A stretch of 63,606 bases of DNA, the filler included, from Intoshia linei (Eukaryota > Animalia > Orthonectida): NCBI GenBank assembly GCA_001642005.1. It is 5 parts of 5 records of this genome, joined end to end, with 100 filler letters (N's around TTAATTAATTAA, not from the genome) between each part and the next. Parts side by side here need not be neighbours in the genome. Positions count along the whole stretch, not along the records: positions 50,058 to 59,456 come from LWCA01001375.1; positions 59,557 to 62,378 come from LWCA01002207.1; positions 62,479 to 63,606 come from LWCA01002878.1; 2 more parts are not named here. The stretch is one strand, 5' to 3'. Made by a program: the position numbers and the translations under genes. Below the pieces are notes generated by a model. It worked only from the letters and a program-made list of their open reading frames with translations, ran no database searches and was not told the origin of the DNA. Positions 54,198 to 63,606 of the stretch are shown one piece after another. Within the stretch, counting starts at the first letter, position 1. Each line of letters begins with the position of its first letter.

Positions 54198-56540
54198 TGT
54201 AATCTTTCAAGGACGTTTAGAATAGTAAATAAAGAAATATGTAAAACATAACTTTGTTATACAGATGTTAGTATACAACGTTACACCTCCATTCCAGTAT
54301 ATGTGATGTGTGAGAAAAGAGAAAAAAATTAGAGTGAGATATATGTTTTAAGAATGGAAATAATTAATATCATAATAATGGAATAATTGAAGATTAATCA
54401 GTTGATGAATCATATTTATCATATATATAGTTTTTTTTAGATATGAGGGTGTTATAATTTTACGAGGTGGCCGTCCTGAATTAGTAGGAGTTTGATTAGT
54501 AATATCAGAATTCATAGTTAGTGGTGTATAATAAGATCCATTATTCATATACCAATGTAATGGGTGACCCATTTGATGCGCTCTACGACGTTCACATTCT
54601 TCACGTTTGGTTAAAATTTAACCGTTAAATACTCCATCTATTCTCTATGGGTGGCTGATGATATATCGACTACTGCCAAACCATCTTAAATTCTATCATA
54701 ATTGAGGATGTCTTTAGTTGGCAATTGTACGTTATCCTCAATTAATGAATTATCATAATTGGTTAAATCAACATTTAGAGGTAACTCTAGTGAACAGTTA
54801 TCATGAGGGATATATTGCTGTTTTAATTTTGACGTAACCGGATCATTTCGTTTAAAAAATCGAGAATGAAAGTTAGGTTGTTTTGGTACATGTTTATCAA
54901 AATTTCTTTTAACCCTATTTTGGTATTTAGGTTGGTTTGATTTTGCTGATTGTATAAATCCTTTTCTGGAATTATTTGTTAATATTGAACGAGGGATGAA
55001 TGGCAAGGACAAGGAGCGTCCAAATAATAGTTCTGCAGGTGATTGTTGATTCTTGACAGTAGGTATATTAGGAATATCAGTAAGAATTTTTAATATTTTC
55101 AAATACCAATTATTTTTGTTTTGATTTGTAAGACAGCGAATTTTATCATTTATTGTTCGATTCATTCGCTCTACTTGACCAACACCTTCATGTTGATATG
55201 ATGATGTAAAAGTTTTCTTGATCCCTATAACTCAGCATAGATTTTTTACAATAGCTAAATCAAATTGGGTACCTTGATCGGTGTGAATTTGATTTGGAAC
55301 ACCATACCTTGCGACAATATTATTTAATATGTTATACGCAACATAATCTGCAGTCATTTCTTCAATAGGAAAGATTTCCGGCCAACCAGTAAAATGATCG
55401 ACCATGACCAGGTCTGTATTGTATTTCATAATTATAATTTCCCAAATTTTGAAACCATCTAAATTTCTTGCCAATTAATTTAGAAGAATTTGCTATTGAG
55501 GTAAGAGGATTGTAATCAGTAAGAATGATAAAACGTTTTCCCAGTAAATAATGTTTGAATTTATTAACGGCGTATACGACAGCTAAAGCTTCTCTGTCGA
55601 CTGTGCTCTAGTTGCTTTCTACAGGTATCAATGATCTGCTGGCATATTATACAGGTCTGTTATCTTGCGAAAGAATAGCTCCTATGCCTAACTCGGAAGC
55701 ATCAGTTTCCAACACAAATTGTTAAATATCATCTGCTAAAGCCATGACTGGAGCGGAACAAAGGGCTTCTTTGATAATTTTATAAAAAGTTTCGCATTCA
55801 GAATTCCATTCAAATTTATCTCCTTTTCTCAATAGTTTATATAACGGTTCACCGATTTCCGAAAAATTTTTTATGAAACGTCTATGATAGTTAGTACAAC
55901 CGAGAGATCGTTGTAATTCCTTGACGCTGTTTGGAGTTTTCATTTTCATTATAGCATTAATTTTATCTGGATCAACCCGTATTCCGTTAGTATCAATAAT
56001 GTGTCCTAGGAAATGTATTTGATTTAGGCCAATATGGCATTTACTTGATTTTAATTTTAAACCTTCCTTAGCTTAGCTATCCTTAGCTATCCTTTTAAGA
56101 AGTAATATGAGATGTTTTTTATACTGATTGAGACCTTTTAAAGCAATAATATTATCATCCATATATCCGTGTTCAAATGGTAAACCTTTCAATACACCAT
56201 CCAGCATTCTTTGACAGGTTGCTAGCCCGTTCACTAAACCATATGGCATTACTTTAAATTGAGAAAGTGTTCTACTAGGACCAACAGAAAAAGAAGTTTT
56301 TGTTTTATAATCATTTGAAAAAGGAATTTGCCAGAAACCGGAGCATAAGTCAAAGGTAGAAAAATATTTATGTCCTTTCAAGCTATCAAAGATATGAGTT
56401 GATTTTGAAACAGGATACATGTCTCGTTTAGTGATACCGTTTAATTTATGATAATCAATTCAGAATCTATCTGTACCATCTTTCTTTTTAACTAGAAGAC
56501 ATATATTGGCTACCTCCTTGACTATCTTGTGCTTGTCTTT
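54198..56540 (-). mobile_element. Degenerate Ty3/Gypsy retrotransposon (RT-RNaseH-IN, PPT, short 3' LTR)
   Basis: RT motifs FSTFDLCSGFWQI, MPYGLVN and YMDD; RNase H ETDASE..REALAVV; IN RYGVPNQIHTDQGTQF and SPAELLFGR. Domain order is RT-RH-IN. PPT GGAATGGAGG is followed by TGTAAC(54285)...ATTACA(54198). Confidence 0.92.
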
Positions 56541-57402
56541 GTGCTATCTAAAAAAATGTATGATTCTGTTGGGGGGTCCAAAACTTTTTACCAGCACTGT
56601 ATTACTACAAAATAAAATCCCATAAAATCTAATATTGATATTTAAATGTAATATAAAAAATGGTAATGCCCGTAAAATTCCCCATGCTCTTGTATTCTTC
56701 TTTAGTCCTGTACGGGCCATACACCAGCTGATATACACAATTTATAAAATAATGTAAATCTATATAGTTCGTAAATAATTTAAATACACATACAAATAAT
56801 TTATTGATACAAAATGTATCAAGTTGGTACAAGTTAAGTACTAGGTAAGTTAAATTAAAAAAAAATTCCAGTGATTAATAGGGCAAGTGTAAGTCCAAAA
56901 AGTAAAAATTTTACAGATTAATTAGAAAATTACTACGAGTATCATAATATGAATATTACGCTTATTAAAAATTTAATTAGTATCTTATAATTTGATAAAA
57001 ATCCAAAAAGTTAGAAATATTTTCATAAAGTCCAAAATGTAATAATATTAAATTAGTAAAATGATATAAAGTTCAAAAAGGCAGATAATAACTGATTTAA
57101 TGAGTATTATCAACAATTTTCATTAAATTAAGCTGTCATTTGTTCTTTTTAAATTAAAATTTACCGGTTTAATTAACTTTTTTTTTCAAGTCAAATATTT
57201 AAAATATTTATCTAATAATGAAAAAATTCAGATTTATTGGTCAAAAAAACTATTAATTTCAAATTTTATATACATTTATGTCGAATTTTTAGAAAGTAAT
57301 ATTATTGTAAATTATATAATAGCACAGTATAACCCTGATGGCTCAATTTTAAAAAGTTCATTAAATTTCGAGTGATTTGATGAGAGATAATTTTGATTAA
57401 AA

Positions 57403-58870
57403 CTAGCTTGGCTGTTATGTACTTCGTACAAACAGCATCCTAGCTCTGCCGAGAGCGAAATTAGTTAATTCTACCAAAAAAATAAATGCAATAATAAAAT
57501 TTTACTTAAAAATGCTAAATTCGTTATTATCAATCCTTTAAAACAGTGGTTCTCAAGGGGGTCCATGTGGACCCATTAGTGGTCCACAGGAAATGTTTAG
57601 GGGTCAACAAGAAAAATTTGGGGTCCACAGATAAATTTTGGGGCAACGAAAAAAATCCATCACTAGAGTATTTTACAAAACTACGTGACAATTTGAAATT
57701 AATTAAAATAAACAATATCTTCAATAATGAAGTTATCAAGAAAGATGAAGGTTTAAAAGCTTCCTATGAAGTTTCTATAGCAAAAGCTTGTAAACCTCAC
57801 ACATTGGAAAAAACTGTAATTTTACCAGCTATTTCTGTAGCTATTTCGACTTTAATGAATAAAAATCCAACTGAATTTACTGGTCAAATCCCTCTGAGTA
57901 ACTTATCAGTATCAAGACCAGGGGTGTCAATTATGCGGCCCGCATTATAAATTTTTATTTTTTATAACAATTTTTTACACATATTTCTTATTTTACACTT
58001 TTTTTATATATTTTTTATGATTTATTTATTCATTATTACAATTTTAACATTATTTTTACACTTATTTTCCATTTTTATTGTTTCATATTTCATTTTATAA
58101 ATTAAACTTATTATAAATTAATTATTATAAATCTGTGTATTACATATATGTAATTTATAAGAAAAATAATATCGTGAATTAATTTGAGAAAATAGTCATT
58201 TGTTGTATAATCCTTATGATTATTTGATTAACGTTTTCGTTTTCTTACATCAGTGATCGTAATGTGCATTTATATTTTATTTTAACATGCAATCATCAAT
58301 TGAAACGTTAATGATGCCGATGAATTTTCAACCGAGGGTCGCGAAATTTATCAAGGGGTCGTGAGAATTTAAACACCGTATAAAATATAAATAAAACTGA
58401 ATATGCTTTTTTAATATTTTTATTTATGTGAATTGATAAGATGTTTGGAGTATATAGAAAATTTTTGGGTCGCGAAAATTTATTATGTTTATAAGAGGTC
58501 GCGAACACAAAAAGGTTGAAAACTACTGGTCTACACCTTTTTCGATTCAAATTTGCACTCGTTTTATTATATTGTCAAAATTTTAGTTGAAGGGTTAACA
58601 AGAAGTGTACTTTAAAATAGTTGTATAACAACTATTTTCAATCGAAAAAACTATGGTGCAAAATTTTATAAAACAATACAAGCATCGATATATAAGGTAG
58701 CGTACGACTAAGATTTTTTTATAATTAAGGGTCCACGAATAATATAAAATAGCTAAAGGGTCCATGTACTTAAAAAAATTGAGAACCACTGCTTTAAAGG
58801 AATGGTTCATAAACTTATTTCACGTTATCTTTTAATTTAAAGGTAATTATTCTCACTTAATTTTATTTTC
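57403..58870 (-). mobile_element. Helitron fragment interrupted by a nested hAT element
   Basis: Helitron 3' end at 57403-57543 resumes at 58792 (CTTTAAAGGAATGGTTC). Confidence 0.65.
57544..58791 (+). mobile_element. hAT (Buster/SCAND3-like) deletion derivative with nested MITEs
   Basis: TIRs CAGTGGTTCTCAA / TTGAGAACCACTG; TSD CTTTAAAA / CTTTAAAG; remnant ASYEVSIAKACKPHT...QIPLSNLSVSR. Confidence 0.85.
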
Positions 58871-60630
58871 TAATATTGGTGTAAATAATTAATAATAAAC
58901 AATTCCCGATCATACCAATCATTTATATACACTTATATATAATAGCCCGATAAATTATCTACACTATCATACAAGTTTAAATTTAAATAATTGAGTTTAA
59001 TTTTAAATTGTGTAATCTATAAATAAAATTTTTTTCTCGATTTTGTAATTGTATTATTTTAAAAAATATATACGTACAGTGTTGTTCAATAGATTATAAT
59101 AATTGTAAAAATTTTGTATTTATCTTCATATATTTTGTATATTAAAACCTAAATAAAATGTTTGATCTAAATAAGTACTACCGATAAGTATACATCGATT
59201 AAAAATATTGTTGTTTTCAAAATTAATGTACACGTAGTAAGGATGAATTTAAGTGTCTACGCGAAAAATTGCGTATTTAAGAAATATGTATCATAATGAA
59301 GAAATTTTGTAATAATACGATTTATCGACCTGCTAGTTACATATATTTGTTAAATTATAATTCCTAACATCGCTCTCTTTCAGAAATTTAATTTTAAAAT
59401 TTAAAATTTGATAATTTAAAATGGGCAAAAGTAAAGATATTTATTCCCAAACAAAANNNNNNNNNNNNNNNNNNNNNNNNNNNNNNNNNNNNNNNNNNNN
59501 TTAATTAATTAANNNNNNNNNNNNNNNNNNNNNNNNNNNNNNNNNNNNNNNNNNNNAGTTTAAATGTAAATATGAATAAATTATATCTTTTTTATTCTTA
59601 TTGTATAAATGATAATAATTATTATTCCGTTATCGATTACTGTATATCAGTGATTCTCAAATATGGCCGTTTTTATATTTTTCGTGGTCCACCGAATAGT
59701 TTTAATAATTTGAATTTACCGATATTTCAATTAACCTCCAAACTAATTCTCATTAATTGTCAACTACTCTTTTATTAAAATTTTCTATAAATAAAATAAA
59801 AATTGTGGTCCGCAATGGTCCTAAATTATTTTATATTGATAAATCTGGCCCTTCTGAAAAAAGGTTGACAACCCTGCTGTATACATACAAACATATATTG
59901 TTTGGTACATAGCACAACACACTCGGATCAGGGAATATTAATATTTAGACTCAATTAGGTTTTAACATAAAATTTCATCATTATTTAGTATAAAATAATT
60001 CAGGGTAGAATAAAAAATTTCAATGTGGTCGAAATACCGCGATTTTTTTAAAGTACCAGCAAGTGTAGGGAACGAGGTTAATGCTATGCCAAAAAACATA
60101 CAATAACCGATGCAACAATCTATAAAATAATTAATTCTAATTATAGTACATGTAACATTTTTTCGAAGTTAATTAATAAAATCATATTACAAAACAAAAC
60201 AGCATTCAATATTTATGGAAAAGAAGTAAGAGACCAACTAATTACCCTTAAATTATTTCATTGGATAAATCAGAACAATTTCACACCCAGAATGTCATTT
60301 GCGTTAAAGAAAATAATAATTTAAAAATACAAATTCTTATTTCACAAAATTATCTAAATTTAAAATGTAATATGAAGTTTTGATTATCTACAAAATTATG
60401 TATATGTACTTGTAGTAACATGGTTACTCATCAAACTTGTTTGATTGATCAAATTGATTGAAGATTACAAAATACTTATTGTAGATATTTTGTAAATACA
60501 TAGTTAAACATATATCTCATTACATATTATTATAATACAACAATTATAATAATTAAAATTAAAGAGAGAAATAAAAATTTGTAAGATTATATTTGAATTA
60601 ACGACATTTAATATTTGATACATCTACAGA

Positions 60631-62216
60631 ATGAACATTGCAAAAGATGAGAACAAAGCAACAAAAGAAAGAAAAAACTCATGGAAAGGGATAGGAGTAT
60701 CCCAAGAGAATTCCAGCAGGCCGCAGACGCCAGAATGTAGGCACACCTAGATAGATGGATAGTTCCTGCTTACAAGGACCTGAACAAAGAGAGAGTTTTA
60801 GATGAAAGTAGAAGTGTAAATTATATAACTCCATCTCAGGATTCACGAGCAGTGCCCTTCAGTGAGAACTTATATACATAGAAGATTTTACTGGATCTTC
60901 AGTATGTTAATAACGACATTGAAACCCTCAGGAATTTCTTGTACAGCAAGATTGGAACTGGTGAACAAGTTGATCCACTAATCGTGGCAAGTTACATGTA
61001 TGTTTTGGCCAGAATAGACTTTGGAACCTTTCTAGAAGATATCAATTATGTACCATCTGTGTATGCAAAGCTGGAGAATCATCGAGGTTAGAAGACTTCG
61101 TTGAGGTCAAAGATTCTGAACACACTCTAGAGATCCAGTAGACAGCCCTGACGTATCAAAGTTCACCTATTGGATTCTTTTGTATTATCTATCACACCTC
61201 CGAATAAAAAAGGACTCGAATGCTGATCTTGCTATTTACAAAACTCGTACAATGAAAAGGGTAAAAGATATTCTGAGAGTAAGTAACGTCATGTTACCCT
61301 TTGATCAAGTTGACACTCTAAATTCAGGAGACATATCATTGTCAATAATCGCTTCCAATCAGGAAGTGATAACATTGACAGCGATATATGACCTTTTTCT
61401 AGGTCATGCAAACATTGTTTTGCCTATTAAGTCTCTAAGATGGGCGACAGTATGTAAGAGAGGAAAGGACATCATCACGCTAAACCTGTTGACGGACTAC
61501 ATTTCTATGTATGAAAAGAGTATACATTCAAGAGTCATTTCGATGATGTTTACAAACTCCATGATCCAGAATTACAAAAAATGTTCAAATTGAACCCGAA
61601 ACACTACGTATCGATAGGACTAGTGTGGTATCATCGTGCTTTAAACCTGGTCCCGAAATCTGCCTACTCAGCCATTGCTTGCCCAAACTGCTACATGTAT
61701 TTAGCCACTAGATTGTATTTTAAAGGGATCCAGACTTTCGGTGGTACCAGGCTAGATGGAACCTCGTATTATCAAATGATCTTATTAGCCGTGCGAACTT
61801 CCATTTTGGAAACCGCCAACCCAGACAATGATACCCTCAATCTCAATAAAGAAAGCATGGATAAATTCAAAAAGCTTGCGGACTGCATGAACATTCACAA
61901 TGAAGAAATGTTTACCCTAATCTCATTGCGAGTATCACTATATGCTGGTGATCTCTTGTTTGAAGCAAAGGACTTGGCATTCTTAAGGTTACATGTAAGA
62001 AGGAGCCTCAAAGAGAGGGTACTCTTAGAGAATTCCTTCACAGGATAGCCTTTGACACAGAGAATAAAAAATCGGCCAGTTCCTTGGAGATATTTGAAGG
62101 AGGTGACTAAAGACGTTATGAAGAAAATGCAGGACTGTATAAAAGTAAAAGATGAAGCAAGACTAAAAAAAGAAAAGGAGAATCCTATACGACAAAAACC
62201 CATTGAAACAAAATGA
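60631..62216 (+). pseudogene. Endogenous viral element: rhabdovirus-like nucleoprotein (N), near full length, with stops and frameshifts
   Basis: Intronless island visibly richer in GC than its flanks. Ordered motifs AIYDLFL, LRWATVCKRGKD, WYHRALNLVPKSAYSAIACP and IRQKPIE parallel rhabdovirus N motifs (VSV AAVDMFF, FRYGTIVSRFKD, YLIDFGLSSKSPYSSVKNP, LREKTIG; recalled from knowledge, not searched). Confidence 0.78.
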
Positions 62217-62378
62217 GACCACTACTCAGGTTGGGTCAAATGAGAACCTTTACCTAATATTGATGCTATGTCGGTTTCTAATAGTATTATAAAAAACATA
62301 ATATCTAGATATGGAAGTCCATCACAAATTCAAATGGATTGTGGTAAACAATTCCAAAATAGTGTTATAAAAAACCTA
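62217..62378 (+). mobile_element. Gypsy integrase core fragment abutting the viral N sequence
   Basis: DHYSGWVK*EPLPNIDAMSVSNSIIKNIISRYGSPSQIQMDCGKQFQNSVIKNL, clearly homologous to DHFTGWPEIFPI...IVARYGVPNQIHTDQGTQF at 55232-55474. Confidence 0.85.
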
Positions 62379-62809
62379 NNNNNNNNNNNNNNNNNNNNNN
62401 NNNNNNNNNNNNNNNNNNNNNNTTAATTAATTAANNNNNNNNNNNNNNNNNNNNNNNNNNNNNNNNNNNNNNNNNNNNTAATTGAAATGAACTAATTTCG
62501 ATTTTTTTATTAATTTTTAAATAAAATTATTTTTTATATTTGTATCTTTATCATTTGGATTCCTTTTCATTCCATGCATTCATACATAACCAATGACCAT
62601 ATGAGCTTTTATTCAAAATATTGGTCAAAGTGGACGTTTTTTATGTGCGATTCGACATACAATTTTAAACTTAGTTTGTGTATAACAAAATATTTTTTTA
62701 TAAATTGGTACCACCAAACTACTTTACAAAGGTTTTATCAAAATGGTTCTATCCTTTAGATTTTATGATAAATTTAAACGGTTGACACAGCATTTAGTGG
62801 TCTCAATGA

Positions 62810-62965
62810 ATGTGTAATGATAATTAATGATAATTATGTTAATTATTTAATTATGATTAAATATTGATAAATATTGATAGAATTAGAATTATAAATATTG
62901 ATAGTATAATTATGATTAATGATAATTATGATAATGATAATAATTAATGATAATTAGTAGTTAGA
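62810..62965. repeat. Low-complexity (ATGATAATT)n-like repeat
   Basis: Repeated ATGATAATTA / TTGATA units. Confidence 0.6.
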
Positions 62966-62991
62966 TAATCAGTTTTCGAAGCGGTTCTATT

Positions 62992-63247
62992 TTTATTATA
63001 ATATAAAATAATGAATAGTTTATTTAAATAAGATATATTACGAAAAAAATATTATAATAACGAAACACTTGGAATATGTAAATTAAAATTATATTAACAA
63101 CCCTCACAATAATTTGGTNTTTATTATAATATAAAATAGAGAATAGTTCATTTAAATAAGATATAATTACGAAAAAAATATTATAATAACGAAACACTTG
63201 GAATATGTAAATTAAAATTATATTGGCAACCCTCACAATAATTTGGT
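62992..63247. repeat. Tandem duplication of about 127 bp separated by a single N (likely assembly overlap)
   Basis: Two near-identical copies either side of N at 63119. Confidence 0.7.
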
Positions 63248-63606
63248 AACAAATATAATATTCAAATTTCCTTTTAAAATCTGTCATAAAATTACTCTTA
63301 TAAATGGTCATATCTGCTTAATTATATGCAATTTATATATGCATTGAATAAAATTTAAATATAATTATTGAAAAATGTGCAATTAAGAATTTTATCATGA
63401 AAAAAAATTTCCCGAATATATTGTGAAACATTAATTTAACTATTGCTTCTAAAAAATGACTTAAAAATTATTTTAACAAAAAATATCTAATAAATTTTAT
63501 TATATTATGGAATCTTTGTATTGACTATATTCATTGCAAACATGACTTTATAATTGCAAACATGATTAACAAGATCGTGAATGTCTTGTATTTGAATAAA
63601 TTTATT

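Noticed and set aside
21605-57543. Recurrent palindromic repeat as a CRISPR-like array
   Set aside because: Eukaryotic DNA, with copies dispersed kilobases apart in both orientations. They are explained as Helitron 3' hairpins.
60366-60430. TGTAAT...TAACA|TGG as a 5' LTR plus PBS upstream of the viral insert
   Set aside because: Only about 55 bp, no matching partner LTR visible, and the PBS cannot be matched to a tRNA by eye.
62992-63247. Tandem duplication and ORF 63024-63311
   Set aside because: The copies are separated by a single N, typical of unmerged contig or haplotype overlap.

Overview
Very AT-rich eukaryotic (animal) scaffold with four N-gaps, each containing an artificial TTAATTAATTAA linker. 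Host genes are broken by tiny GT-AG introns of mostly 35-38 bp, which is why the ORF track misses most of them. This architecture is reminiscent of the orthonectid Intoshia linei, but that is an inference and not verified. The first 17 kb is gene-dense: UBL5/Hub1 exon 1 with a Gypsy element in its intron, an unknown gene, a calmodulin/myosin-light-chain-like gene, a disabled Rab GTPase, DRG2 with a 2.5-kb intron, a truncated neprilysin (M13), an unknown Ser/Asn-rich gene, and H2A.Z head-to-head with ubinuclein. The region 17-60 kb is a transposon graveyard (hAT, piggyBac, Tc1/pogo, MULE-like, Gypsy, a non-autonomous Helitron family) around a cluster of histidine acid phosphatase-like genes, one of which has lost its catalytic RHGxRxP motif. 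The most striking element is at about 60.6-62.4 kb: a near full-length, decayed rhabdovirus-like nucleoprotein (N) gene joined directly, in frame, to a Gypsy integrase fragment. It is most simply read as an endogenous RNA-virus element captured by an LTR retrotransposon.
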